Shown here piece by piece: positions 38,300 to 51,455 of a stretch of 64,000 nucleotides of DNA (its first letter is position 1; every line of letters begins with the position of its first letter). Under the pieces are notes generated by a model. It saw only the letters and a list, made by a program, of their open reading frames with translations, was not told the origin of the DNA and did no database searches. Both the position numbers and the translations under genes were made by a program. The stretch comes from Planctomycetota bacterium (GTDB lineage: Bacteria; Planctomycetota; GCA-002687715; CAIWVZ01), in NCBI GenBank assembly GCA_044222185.1, contig JBGANV010000002.1, positions 640,001 through 704,000 of the forward strand, in the 5' to 3' direction.

Positions 38300-41037
38300 T
38301 CCTGCGCCGACTCGCCGTGCGCAACTTCGCCGGCCTCAACCCGGGTGCGACGATCTCCTCCTTCTCGCCGTCGATCACGGTGGTGCAGGGACCGAACGGC
38401 TCGGGCAAGTCGACGCTGATGCGCGCGCTGACCTTCGCGCTCTACCAGCGGCACGGGATCACGAGCGCGGACGCGCGAGCCCAGATCGTCCCCGTGGGCG
38501 CGGACGTGGCCCCTTCCGTCGAACTGGATTTCGAGTCGGCCGGCGAGACCTGGCGGATCGCGAAGCGTTTCTTCAAAGGTCCTCGATCCGAACTCTTCCG
38601 CCTGCGGGGCGGGCAGTTCGAAGCGGTGGCGGACGGCGAGGCCGCGGACGCCCGCGTTCGCGACCTCGTCGGCGCGGCGATCCCCGGACGCGGGCTGGCG
38701 GACGCGTCCCTGCGCGGCATCGGCGAGATCCTGCTGGCCGACCAGGGACGACTGCGATTCGACGGGGCGCTCGGCGAACCCGCGCGGCGGACGCTGCGCG
38801 ACATCATTCACGACGTATCCACGACGAGCGACGCCCAGGCCGTGATCGACGAGGTCCGTCGGCGGTGGTCGGCGATCTTCACGCCCAAGGGCGAGAAGGT
38901 CCGCGGCAAGAACGCCGCACCCGAGGTGGCGACCGCAAGCGAACTGGAGACCGCTCGCACCGACCTCGCTCAGGTGAAGGCTCAACTGACGGAGGCCCAG
39001 GCCATCGAGGACGAGCTCTCGGGCCTCGCGGCGCAGGTCGAGGCCGTGGAGGAGGAGCGCGCTCGGCGCCTCGCCGACGCCGAGCGTTCGGACGCCGATC
39101 TACACGAGTGGGTCCGTCGCAGCGCCGCCCTGGAATCGTTGACGAAATCGGCCGCACGCACGGCGGTGGATGCGGAGGACCTGCGCCGGCGCTGCGCCGC
39201 GATCGCGGCCGCACGGCTCAGACTGGCCGAGTTGGAGAAGGCCCGCGAATCACGGGAGCAGCGCCATCGCGACGCGGAGCGCGCCCTGGCGCTCGCCCAG
39301 CAGGCGTGGAACGTGGCTGACGAGTTGGCGCGCATCCCCGATGCCCACCGCGCCGAGTTGGAGAAACTGGACGCGTCCGTGGCCGACGCCCAGGAATGTC
39401 GCACGCGCGGAGCCGACCTCGCGGCCCTGACCGAGCGCCTCGAGCGTTTCGATGCCCTCGCGCGCGAGGCCGCCGACCTCGTGGCGCGGCTTGCGGCGCA
39501 GACTCGTCCCGCGCGTACCGAGCTGGAACGCCTCCGTGCGACCCTCGAACAGATCGCGCGCCTCGATGCGCGACTCGACGCCGTGCGACTGCGGATCCGG
39601 CTGACGGCTCATCGCGACCTCACCGTCGACGACGGCAGCGGTGCGCGGGCCGTGCCCGCGGGCGGAACGCTCGAAATCACCGGGGACGATCTTCTCCGTG
39701 CCGAGCTGGCCGGGATCGCGTCGATCGACGTCACCGGCCCCGCCTCATCAGACCGCGAAGCCTGGCGGGGCGAGCGCGACCGACTGAATCGGGAGTTCGA
39801 GATCGTGGCCGCGCCCTTCGGCACGCGTGACCGCCTGATCCTCGAACGCCTCGCGGACGAGCGCCACGACCTCGAGCGGCGCCTCGCGGACCTGGACGGC
39901 CGCCGCGCCCTCGTCTTCAAGTCGGAGTCCGAGGCGAACGCCGCCCGGGAACGCGGGCGCTCGAACTCGGACGTGATCCGCTCGCTCGTGGCGCGCAACG
40001 AAGACTGGCTCGGTGTCGCACCTGGCGAGGTCGAGGTCGCCGATCTGCGCCGTCGCCGGGATCGGCTCGCGCAGGTCGTGTCGACCGCGGATGCGCGTCG
40101 TCGCGAGCGGGTCGATGAGGCGCGAGCGACGCTGGATCGCTGTCGTACGGATCGAGAGCTGACGTCGTCCGAATTGGCGCAAGCCGACCTGAAGCTCCAC
40201 GAGACGCGGCGCGAGCTGGAGATCCTGACGAACGACGGCCGCGAGGACGCCACGCGCGACGACGCGGCGCGTCGCCTCGCGGACGAGGCGCGGCGTCTCG
40301 CCGACGACGTCCGACTGCGCCAGCAGGAACTCGAGACGCTGGGCGATCCGCAGGCGCGGATGAAGCAGTCGAAGGGCGCGATCGACGCCATCGACGGGCG
40401 ACTGAGCCAGGCTCGGCGGCGACACGCCGAACTCGCGGGCCGGCTCGACGGGATTCGTGCGCGCGGGCTGTGGTCGAAGGCAGGCGAGCTGGAGGAGTCG
40501 GTCACGCTGCTCGAAGGGCGCCTGCGCGACCAACAGGCGGAGGCGGCGGCCCTGGATCTCCTCCACCGCACTCTCGAGGAGGAACTCCAACTCGGAATCG
40601 AACGCGTCGTCGAACCCGTGCGGGTGAAACTCGAACGGCTCGTGCGGCACACCTTCGGCCAGCGCATGGCGGTTCCGCTGGGCGAGGGGCTCGTGCCCGA
40701 TCGCGTGGCCGACGAGCAGGGGCGGACCCTGTCGCTGGATCAGCTTTCTGCGGGCGCGGCCGATCAGCTGGCGTTGCTGGCGCGGATCGGGATCGGAGAG
40801 GTTTATGCCGAGCGGGCGGGCCGCCACGCCCTCGTGCTCGACGACCCGCTGGTGAATGCCGATCGCGAGCGGCGACTGCGAATCCTGGACATCCTCGTGG
40901 GCGCGCTCTCTCACCTTCAAATCGTGATCTTCACCTGCCACCCCGAGCACTACGCTGGCTTGCCGGCCGACCGGACCGAGTGGATCGAGGTGGCGTCGGC
41001 GCGCCGCGCACTCGCGGACGGCGCGGACGCGCGATAG
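38296..41037 (+). CDS. Rad50/SbcC-like SMC ATPase (YhaN-type)
   Basis: TTG start overlapping sbcD stop; Walker A GPNGSGKST; long coiled coil; LSAGAADQ signature; LVLDDPL Walker B; FTCH. Confidence 0.88.
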   Translation: MILRRLAVRNFAGLNPGATISSFSPSITVVQGPNGSGKSTLMRALTFALYQRHGITSADARAQIVPVGADVAPSVELDFESAGETWRIAKRFFKGPRSELFRLRGGQFEAVADGEAADARVRDLVGAAIPGRGLADASLRGIGEILLADQGRLRFDGALGEPARRTLRDIIHDVSTTSDAQAVIDEVRRRWSAIFTPKGEKVRGKNAAPEVATASELETARTDLAQVKAQLTEAQAIEDELSGLAAQVEAVEEERARRLADAERSDADLHEWVRRSAALESLTKSAARTAVDAEDLRRRCAAIAAARLRLAELEKARESREQRHRDAERALALAQQAWNVADELARIPDAHRAELEKLDASVADAQECRTRGADLAALTERLERFDALAREAADLVARLAAQTRPARTELERLRATLEQIARLDARLDAVRLRIRLTAHRDLTVDDGSGARAVPAGGTLEITGDDLLRAELAGIASIDVTGPASSDREAWRGERDRLNREFEIVAAPFGTRDRLILERLADERHDLERRLADLDGRRALVFKSESEANAARERGRSNSDVIRSLVARNEDWLGVAPGEVEVADLRRRRDRLAQVVSTADARRRERVDEARATLDRCRTDRELTSSELAQADLKLHETRRELEILTNDGREDATRDDAARRLADEARRLADDVRLRQQELETLGDPQARMKQSKGAIDAIDGRLSQARRRHAELAGRLDGIRARGLWSKAGELEESVTLLEGRLRDQQAEAAALDLLHRTLEEELQLGIERVVEPVRVKLERLVRHTFGQRMAVPLGEGLVPDRVADEQGRTLSLDQLSAGAADQLALLARIGIGEVYAERAGRHALVLDDPLVNADRERRLRILDILVGALSHLQIVIFTCHPEHYAGLPADRTEWIEVASARRALADGADAR

Positions 41038-41047
41038 CCTGCGGGCG

Positions 41048-42082
41048 ATGAACCCTCCACGCCAGGTGCTCGGATCTTCATCCCGGCTGCGCCGGGGCAC
41101 GGCCATCGCGCTTTCGCTTCTGTCGTTCGTGGTCGCCGGGTGCTCCACGATCCGGCCGGGAGATCGCGCCGAGCGCTCGGGCGACGAGATCATGGTCTGC
41201 GGCCGCCTCATCCACACGGGCGCCCCCGTGGTGCTGTGGACGGATCCCGGCGGGTACGACGCCTATCGGGTGACCCAGCGGTTCGCGCCGAACGAGACCC
41301 GGCCGTCCAAACCGGAGTCGGGGACCGATACTCCCAACCGCTATGGCGTGCGGCCGGTGGCGGATCTCTCGGCAGACGAGCAGACGTCCGTTCGCGACGA
41401 CGGCTGGGACCTTCCGCAGCTCGAGAAGGTCGTCAAGAAGTTCGTCATCCACTACGACGTCTGCGGGACGTCGCGCCAGTGCTTCAAGATCCTGCAGGAC
41501 GTGCGCGGGCTTTCGGTTCACTTCATGCTCGACGTCGACGGCACGATCTACCAGACGTTGGACTTGAAGGAGCGCGCCCGCCATTCGGGTCCCAGCAACG
41601 ACGACTCCGTCGGTGTGGAGATCGCCCACATCGGCGCCTATTCGCCCGATGACTCGAAGGACCAGGCGGTGCTGCGCAACTGGTACAAGACCGACGACAC
41701 GGGCCGCATGCGCGTGGTGCTCCCGGCGCACCTGGGAAACCCCCACCTGCGCGTGCGCGACTTCGTTCCCAGGCCCTCGCGTGACGAGCCCGTCATCGGA
41801 TCGATCCACGGCCGTCGGTTGATGCAATACGACTTCACCGACGCCCAGTACGAATCGCTCACCAAGCTGGCAGCGACGCTGAGCCGGACGTTCCCGGACC
41901 TGAAGCCCGACGCTCCACGTGACGAGAACGGCGTGGTTCGGACGAACGCGCTCTCGGGCGAGGAGCTGAAGACGTTCGGAGGTTTCGTCGGGCACTATCA
42001 TCTCACGACGAACAAGACGGACCCGGGCCCGGCGTTCGATTGGGAACGGCTGGTTCGTGGAGTGCGTGGAGAGCTCGATTGA
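41048..42082 (+). CDS. N-acetylmuramoyl-L-alanine amidase (Amidase_2), probable lipoprotein
   Basis: Lipobox VVAGC; VIHYD, SVHF.LDVDGTIYQ, N..SVGVEI, GHYH, KTDPGPAFDW. Confidence 0.88.
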   Translation: MNPPRQVLGSSSRLRRGTAIALSLLSFVVAGCSTIRPGDRAERSGDEIMVCGRLIHTGAPVVLWTDPGGYDAYRVTQRFAPNETRPSKPESGTDTPNRYGVRPVADLSADEQTSVRDDGWDLPQLEKVVKKFVIHYDVCGTSRQCFKILQDVRGLSVHFMLDVDGTIYQTLDLKERARHSGPSNDDSVGVEIAHIGAYSPDDSKDQAVLRNWYKTDDTGRMRVVLPAHLGNPHLRVRDFVPRPSRDEPVIGSIHGRRLMQYDFTDAQYESLTKLAATLSRTFPDLKPDAPRDENGVVRTNALSGEELKTFGGFVGHYHLTTNKTDPGPAFDWERLVRGVRGELD

Positions 42083-42119
42083 GGACCCGCGCCGAGCGCC
42101 GCCGCTCCGCCTGACAGCC

Positions 42120-42883
42120 ATGGCACTCACGGTCCTCACCTGGAACATCCACAAGGGTTTCGACGCGACGAACCGCGAGTTCGTGCTGCACGAGCTGCGG
42201 AACGCGATCCGCAGCGTCCATGCGGACGTCGTGCTGCTCCAGGAGGTGATCGGTGAGAACTCCTATCACACGCGTCGCGTGGCGAACTGGCCGACGCAGC
42301 CGCAGTTCGAGTTCCTCGCCGACTCCGTGTGGTCGCATTACGCCTATGGCCGCAACGCCGTGTACCCGCGCGGACACCACGGGAACGTCATCCTGAGCAA
42401 GTACCCCATCGTGCGGTGGGACAACCAGAACATCTCCACGAACCGGGTCGAGCACCGCGGTCTCCTTCATTGCGTGATCGAGATCCCGCGGCCCGCGCGC
42501 AAGCTCCACCTCATGTGCGTTCACCTCGGACTGACGCAGCGCGGACGCGACAAGCAGATCGAGACCATTTGCCAGCGGATCGACAAGCTGCTCGATGCGG
42601 ACGAGGCGCTCGTGCTCGGTGGGGACTTCAACGATTGGCGCGATCGCGCGTCCGCGGTGTTGCTCGACCGACACGGGCTCCACGAGGCACACGAGCGAAC
42701 ACACGGACGAAAGGCCCGGACGTTCCCGACGAAATTTCCCCTGCTCTCCGTCGATAGGATCTACTTCCGCGGTCTGGATCTGGACGGCTGTCGCGTCCTT
42801 CGCGACGGAGTATTCCGAGAGCTGTCCGATCACGCGGCGGTCACGGCGAAGTTTCGCTTGCAGACGATGGCAGGCACAAAGGG

Positions 42884-42887
<4 letters not shown>
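42120..42887 (+). CDS. endonuclease/exonuclease/phosphatase family protein (YbhP-like)
   Basis: TWNIHKG, LQEV, HHGNVILS, GGDFNDW, DRIY, LSDH. Confidence 0.9.
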
Positions 42888-45640
<2,753 letters not shown>

Positions 45641-45653
45641 CGCCGAACGCTAC

Positions 45654-46274
45654 TCACCGGGGTGGATGGACGCCGACACCGAGCACCTTGTGGAGCGTGA
45701 TCAGGCACACGGCGACCTTCTCGTAGAAGTTGGTCGCATGACCGATGAGATGGAAGTTCGGGTGGCGGGACCACACCCGTCGCAGTTTCGCGTCCAGTCT
45801 GCAGGCCTCGTCCGGTGATTCGGTCCGCAGGGGATTCCCCGTGGGGTAGCTCGTCCGATCGTGGGCCGTGGACTCGAGGAAGATGACGGCGTCGTAACGG
45901 GCGTACTCTCGGGCGCGGGTCGTGCCGTTGGCGTCGAGGAATGCGTGGAGGCCGCCGGGCCAGTACGCTGCGCCGTCGAGCGAGCCGCGGTCGCAGATCA
46001 GGGGGCGGCCGGGGGAATTCATCGCCGAGAGCTGTTCGAGGTGCCTCTGTAGTTCGAAGATCGCGCGCTGAACGACGCGCTGACCGGCCGGCGACTTCTG
46101 CCTCTGGACTCCGCCCCTGAAGAGCACGGTCGCGGCTTCCGAGACGACGGCGACCTCGTCGGCCAGATGTCGTTGAAGGACGTCGATGATGGCCGTCTTG
46201 CCAGCAGCGGGACCACCGCTGAACACGACTCGCCGTGGTCGTTCGTGGTCGGTCGGTCGCGAGCGCCGTTTCAT
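45654..46274 (-). CDS. AAA_28 / NadR-type P-loop ATPase
   Basis: VVFSGGPAAGKT, EAA, ICDRGSLD, YDAVIFL, R.E; start could be 46310. Confidence 0.82.
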   Translation of the reverse strand: MKRRSRPTDHERPRRVVFSGGPAAGKTAIIDVLQRHLADEVAVVSEAATVLFRGGVQRQKSPAGQRVVQRAIFELQRHLEQLSAMNSPGRPLICDRGSLDGAAYWPGGLHAFLDANGTTRAREYARYDAVIFLESTAHDRTSYPTGNPLRTESPDEACRLDAKLRRVWSRHPNFHLIGHATNFYEKVAVCLITLHKVLGVGVHPPR

Positions 46275-46405
46275 GTTCGATGGCTCCGATCGTCGTGCGT
46301 CGCGCGGCATGCGGCGGGTCGAGCCCGACGGTGGAGCCTCGACCGATCCAGCATGCCGCGTGCACGGCGTCGAATCGTAGCGTGTCAGCGTCGCGCGGGC
46401 GCGGA

Positions 46406-47449
46406 TCAGCCGCCGCGCTTCCGACGGGCCGGGTCACTCTTCTTCGGGTTCAGGTAGCTGCGCCATGCCGATGCGTCGTAGCCGAAGAGCTGGCTCGTGC
46501 ACTGGCGAAGCGCGACGGCGGCGGCCTCGCGCCGCTCTTTCTCGGTGAATTGCTCGAGTACGTCCACGAGAAGTGGGAGCGAGGGGTCGTCATGTACGGC
46601 CCCGATGTAGGTGATCGCCGCGGCGGCGGCCGCCACGTTCCGCGCCTTTGCCGCATCGCGTGCCGCGTCGATGACTTCGTGGATCTGAAGCTGGGCCGCA
46701 GACTCGAAGGCGGCCACGGTGACCGCTGGCAACGGATGCGCGACGGCCTTGCGCAGCGCAGCGGTGATCGCCGGACGGCCCCGGGTCTGGAGGATCTCGA
46801 GCATGGGGCGGATCGTCTGTTCGTTCGCGCGGCCCAGGATCCCGAGCAGTCCGATGGCGACGGCATCCTGCGCTGGGGGAGCCGGAACGGGCTGGGCGGA
46901 GAGAATCTCCTGGGCCTTCATGGCCACCCAGAAGTCCGTGTCGGTGATCCCGTCGATGGCGATGGGAACGGCGCGCGGATTCGTGACGAGGTGCTCGACG
47001 ATGCCGTCGAAGGCCCGCCGGCGCACCGTCGCTGCCGGGTCGCCCGCGGCCTTCCAGAGAACGTCGGCCGACGCGGTCGCGCCGAGCGCAGCAATGGCGG
47101 CGACGGCCGATGCGCGCACCTCCGTGTCGGCGTGCGTGGCGAGGGGAAGGATCGAATCCAGACTCTCCACGCCGTCGAGAGCGACGACGCAATGGAGCGC
47201 CGCGATGCACTCGGCCGGCTGCCGCTTGCCGAGGTCCGCGACCACGAGCGGCGCGACGGATTTTCCGAGCGCGACCACCGCCGTCGTCGTCGTTTCGATC
47301 GTCTGCAGGTTGCCCGTTCGCGCTGCCGCGAACATGGCGTCGATGGCCAGACGCTCCTTCGATGGCTCGGGCGATTGGCCCGATGCCGGCATCGACGAGA
47401 CCGCCGCCACGAGGGCGACGACGGCATGTGAAAACAGACAGGACTTCAT
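46406..47449 (-). CDS. secreted HEAT-repeat protein
   Basis: Signal peptide; DTEVRASAVAAIAALG, DPAATVRRRA; C-terminal LRQCTSQLFGYDASAWRSY. Confidence 0.75.
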   Translation of the reverse strand: MKSCLFSHAVVALVAAVSSMPASGQSPEPSKERLAIDAMFAAARTGNLQTIETTTTAVVALGKSVAPLVVADLGKRQPAECIAALHCVVALDGVESLDSILPLATHADTEVRASAVAAIAALGATASADVLWKAAGDPAATVRRRAFDGIVEHLVTNPRAVPIAIDGITDTDFWVAMKAQEILSAQPVPAPPAQDAVAIGLLGILGRANEQTIRPMLEILQTRGRPAITAALRKAVAHPLPAVTVAAFESAAQLQIHEVIDAARDAAKARNVAAAAAAITYIGAVHDDPSLPLLVDVLEQFTEKERREAAAVALRQCTSQLFGYDASAWRSYLNPKKSDPARRKRGG

Positions 47450-47472
47450 GATTCTCTCTCTCCGCCTGCGGG

Positions 47473-48690
47473 TCACTGCGCGACCGCGCGATTCCAAGCC
47501 CGGACACGCACCGTGGACGCAAGCACCGGCGAGGGCAGATTCCCGAGCACGGAAGAGCTGAGCCGCACGGCCGCGTACGAGCTGCTGTACAGATTGACCC
47601 AGACGTTCGCCGACGACGGATCGCCGAACGAGACCATCCCGCCGTGAATGAACATGTCGCCCGAAGGGTGCGAGAGGTTGTCGAAGATCAGAAGTCCGCG
47701 GAACGCGCCGTGCACGTAGTTCATCTGGGCGTCGTTGGTGGACGTGTGGTGGACGAGGATCGACGGGCTGGCGTTCAGCGAGGAGCCGAGTTGCACGTTC
47801 GTCCAGCTCTGGAAGTCGGCGTAGATGATCCGGTTTCCGGGGATGACGCCGCCGTTCGCCGCGAGCCAGATGTCGAACTCGGCTTGCGTCGCGAAGTAGG
47901 TTCCAGCCTGGATCGCCGCTTGACGGAGCGTGTCCGCCGGGAGGTGGAGCATCGCGTCGGGCGACGCGGGGTAGTCGTTCGTGTCCTCGTCGACGAGCGT
48001 GTCGCCGTCGTTGTCGATGCCGTCGAATGCCTCTTCATCGACCGCGGCGTCGTTGTCCTCGTTCTGACCGTCGGCCCAGTTCGCGAATTTGTCCATGGAC
48101 GCCGGTTGGGGTGGCTTCGTGGGAACGAGGCCGTTGCCGCCGAACCGGGCATTGCCCCACGGAATGATGTCTGCCTGAGACGAGACGGCGAACGTCCCGC
48201 CGCCAAGCAGGGTCGTGTTCGTCGCGTTCCAGTTTCGTCCGTCGATGAGGATGTTCCCGGCCGCGACGAACGTGCCGCGCGTCGTCACTCCGCTGCGAGG
48301 CGTCATGGAGAGGTGACCGTTCATCATGCGCTCGACGATGGCGTCGACGCCGGCACGCGCTCGTTGAAGGACCGCGACCGAATGGAATCGGTAGAGGTTC
48401 CCGCCGAGGTCCGTTGCCGTGACGGTGACCGTCCTCCCGTCGCCTCCCGTGTAGGTCAGCGTTCCGAGCCCGTCGTTGCCGAGGTCGACTCCGTTCTTCA
48501 TCTCGGCCATGCCGCGGTTGAGGCCTTCCTCGGCGGCGAGGCGGGCCTCCGCCGTCGCGAGTTCTCGCGACGTCACTTCCACGCCGCCGCTGGAGACGGT
48601 GTAGAAGGCGCTGGCGAGTCCGAACAGCACGACCGTGATCAGGATGGCGGAGACGAGGATCGCACCGCGTTCCGAACGGCGAGGTTTCAT
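47473..48690 (-). CDS. PilX-like minor pilin/assembly protein
   Basis: ERG-AILVSAILITVVLFGLA (PilX-type N-terminus lacking E5), A..AAEEG; acidic DGIDNDGDTLVDED motif. Confidence 0.75.
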   Translation of the reverse strand: MKPRRSERGAILVSAILITVVLFGLASAFYTVSSGGVEVTSRELATAEARLAAEEGLNRGMAEMKNGVDLGNDGLGTLTYTGGDGRTVTVTATDLGGNLYRFHSVAVLQRARAGVDAIVERMMNGHLSMTPRSGVTTRGTFVAAGNILIDGRNWNATNTTLLGGGTFAVSSQADIIPWGNARFGGNGLVPTKPPQPASMDKFANWADGQNEDNDAAVDEEAFDGIDNDGDTLVDEDTNDYPASPDAMLHLPADTLRQAAIQAGTYFATQAEFDIWLAANGGVIPGNRIIYADFQSWTNVQLGSSLNASPSILVHHTSTNDAQMNYVHGAFRGLLIFDNLSHPSGDMFIHGGMVSFGDPSSANVWVNLYSSSYAAVRLSSSVLGNLPSPVLASTVRVRAWNRAVAQ

Positions 48691-49244
48691 TTGTGGGATC
48701 CCGTCGCGTGTTCCGATCGGGGGAGTTTCCGCAGCAGCATCGAAGCCGTCTCGAGGGCTTCATCGCTGAGCGCCGGGTCGAGGACGTCCGTCACGCGTGG
48801 CCGGCGATAGGCGCCAGCGATGTCCGTGCCTGACGGCAGCGCGCACTTGTCGGCGGCCATCATGAAGACTTCGGCGACGCCGGCATCGGGATTCCGCCGC
48901 GTGGACGCCGCGCGTACGGCGGCGGCGGCGCGATCGAATTCGATCCGCGTGAGGCCTTGCTCCTTGACGGCATCGTCGACCTCTCGGCTGGCTGCGCAGT
49001 TGCCCAGGAGGATCGCAGGGTTGACTGAATCGGCGAGCTCGGCGGCCACGATCTGCCACCGGTCGAAGACTTCCACGCGCGTGAGCGGCGGTCGTGATGG
49101 TCTCGGTTCGCTCGATCGGCTCGGCGCCGGATAAGGGAAACCCACCGCGCAGGCGATCAACACCACGGCGCCCATGCTCACGTTGCGCTGCCACCGGCCG
49201 GACGGCATCTTCGCGAGCCAGCGCTGCGTCGAGGTCAGCTCCAT
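48687..49244 (-). CDS. hypothetical membrane-anchored protein in pilin cluster
   Basis: Hydrophobic segment GAVVLIACAVG; stop overlaps PilX-like start; start uncertain (49244 or 49286). Confidence 0.45.
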   Translation of the reverse strand: MELTSTQRWLAKMPSGRWQRNVSMGAVVLIACAVGFPYPAPSRSSEPRPSRPPLTRVEVFDRWQIVAAELADSVNPAILLGNCAASREVDDAVKEQGLTRIEFDRAAAAVRAASTRRNPDAGVAEVFMMAADKCALPSGTDIAGAYRRPRVTDVLDPALSDEALETASMLLRKLPRSEHATGSHK

Positions 49245-49435
49245 CTCGCGCCGGGTCGTCGCGCGGGCGAACGAACGCGTCGTCATCCGCTGCTGGGAGC
49301 TCGTCGTCGACCGTCGATCGGCCTCGCTGCCGGGGAGGGCGCTGATCCGCGTCGTCGCCCGCGAGAGCGCGAGCTCCGACGTCCGTGAGAGCGGACGTTG
49401 GGCGGTTTGCGGCCGCTGCTGCGTGCGCGGGCGGT

Positions 49436-50650
49436 TCAGTTCCGGGTCTTCAGGGTGAAGGATTCGATATGGCTTTGCCATGTGTCGCTGTCCGGGTTCG
49501 GGCGGGCACTGGTACCCAACGTGATGCGGAGGACGCGCGGATCCGTGAGGCCGCGCGGGTTGTCCGTGGACGACCAAGGGCTGGACGCGGCCGTCGAGGC
49601 CGCGAACTCGGTCAGGTGGCGCACGACGAGGCCGGGTGTCCGCTGGAACGTCCGTTGCACGCGCCAGGAGACTCCACTGCTCGCGTAGTACTGCGCGAGG
49701 ACGCTCGTCATCCCCGTCGCGAGGTTGATCTGGAGCGAGAACAGCCGCCAGGGGTAATTGGTGCTGGACCCCAGCGACTTCATGAGGACGATCGACGGCT
49801 GGCCGTTGATCGTTCCCGTGGTGAAGATCTCGGTGGCCGCGTCGCTCTGGGCGCCCGTGCGCGGAACGCTCCCGTCGCGGATGCCGTCCGTCGTTCCGTC
49901 GGTGCCGAAATCGAGCAGCTCGACCATGGTCGGGTCCGTGGGGCTGAACTCGGTCCACGTGCCGCTGACCGTCGCCGGAACGGCGAGGAGGTCGGAGGTG
50001 TAGACGCTGTAGCGACGCAGTTCACAGAGTCCGTCGGAAGAGGCGCACGGGAAGATGAATACCAGGCCCGAAAAACGAGGATCGCCGTTGCCCGTCGTCG
50101 TGAACGCGCCCGCGGCGTTGCGTGGAACGAGCATCTTGATGCCATCGAGACGGGCGGGTTGCGCGAGCGACGTCCCGTCGAGCGGGCAGTGAGCGAGGGC
50201 GCCGGGCCAGATCTTGCCGCGGGCCGTCGGAGTGATCGATGGACCCTGGCGATACTCGAAGCCGCAGTCGTATCGCATCGTGTCCACGTTGAGGTTCGTC
50301 GGCGTGTGGAACTTGCACGTGGGATCGGTGCACTGGGCGAGCTGGATTCCCGGGACCGTGAAGCGATCCGACTCGACGGAGTAGGGCGCCGACCCCGGGT
50401 TGACGTAGTGCACGCGCATCAACGTGTCGACGAAGCCGGCTTTCGATTCGGCGACGTCGTCGAAGACGCGCGTGAGCGCCATGCGAGCGTCTTCCTGCAT
50501 GCCGTTCTCGGCGATGCCGGTCCGGCTGTGGGTGACGCCGCGATCGAGGATCTCCGTCGCCGCGACGAAGCCCACGGAGACGACGACCAGCGCGATGGCG
50601 GACTCGATGAGCGTCAGGCCCGATTCGCTCGAGTGACGGATCCGCTTCAT
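49436..50650 (-). CDS. prepilin-type N-terminal cleavage/methylation protein (PilW/PulJ-like)
   Basis: ESG-LTLIESAIALVVV with E5; start overlaps upstream gene stop. Confidence 0.82.
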   Translation of the reverse strand: MKRIRHSSESGLTLIESAIALVVVSVGFVAATEILDRGVTHSRTGIAENGMQEDARMALTRVFDDVAESKAGFVDTLMRVHYVNPGSAPYSVESDRFTVPGIQLAQCTDPTCKFHTPTNLNVDTMRYDCGFEYRQGPSITPTARGKIWPGALAHCPLDGTSLAQPARLDGIKMLVPRNAAGAFTTTGNGDPRFSGLVFIFPCASSDGLCELRRYSVYTSDLLAVPATVSGTWTEFSPTDPTMVELLDFGTDGTTDGIRDGSVPRTGAQSDAATEIFTTGTINGQPSIVLMKSLGSSTNYPWRLFSLQINLATGMTSVLAQYYASSGVSWRVQRTFQRTPGLVVRHLTEFAASTAASSPWSSTDNPRGLTDPRVLRITLGTSARPNPDSDTWQSHIESFTLKTRN

Positions 50651-51156
50651 GGCTTCACCTCGGTGAGGGTCATGGGGAGCGTGAGTGAACGTGGGCCGCG
50701 CCGGCCCTGCCAGCGGATGGTCACGGTGACGGAGATTCGATCGTGATCGGTCGAATCGAAGGTGACGACGCCTTGGGGGAGGTTCGTGCCGCCGACGTCC
50801 GTCTGCGGCCGAAGCTCTGCGACGGTGAACGTCGCGTTGGACGGCTGCACCCAGTAGTTGATCAGCGAGTCGATGTTGCCGGCGTAATCGTAGGCGACGA
50901 TCGCCTCCATCTTGCTGACGGCAGCCCGCAGGGCGATGGAGCGCTCCTTCAGCTCCTGATCGAGCGACGTGGACGCGACGAGGGTGCCGAGCGCCGAGAC
51001 GGTCGCAACCGTGAGCACGACGAGTGCGAGCGCCGCTTCCACGAGCGTGATGCCCGCCTCGGCCCGGCGAACGCGCGGCGGTTGGCCGGACGATCGTCCG
51101 AAGCACGAGTCATCGCATGAAGCACGGAGTGTGGAGTCGTCAGGGTGGCGCAGCAC
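50647..51156 (-). CDS. prepilin-type N-terminal protein (PilV/PulI-like)
   Basis: EAG-ITLVEAALALVVL; C-terminal VTVTIRW; GTG start at 51156 with GAGG upstream (uncertain). Confidence 0.8.
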   Translation of the reverse strand: MLRHPDDSTLRASCDDSCFGRSSGQPPRVRRAEAGITLVEAALALVVLTVATVSALGTLVASTSLDQELKERSIALRAAVSKMEAIVAYDYAGNIDSLINYWVQPSNATFTVAELRPQTDVGGTNLPQGVVTFDSTDHDRISVTVTIRWQGRRGPRSLTLPMTLTEVKP

Positions 51157-51455
51157 GGCAAGCCTCGCGAGCGGAGCCCAGGTCGAAAGAGCGCGAGCGC
51201 AACATGACCTGTATCGCACGGAGGATCGGCATGTCTTGAGGTCGATACGACGTGCTTTGCGAGCGGGTCTTTGCTCGGTCGCCGTGCGTGTTTCTCGAGG
51301 GCGTGGCTTCGCCGCGGGTCGGGAAAAACTGTCGAACCGTCGGTCTTTCGAACCGCTGCGGAGGGGACGCCGAGTCGACGCGTTCTCCGGCAGAGGGGAG
51401 CGCCGAGCGTGCACCCGAGCGGAGAGCCTGAGCCCGAACCCGGGGCGACACGAAC

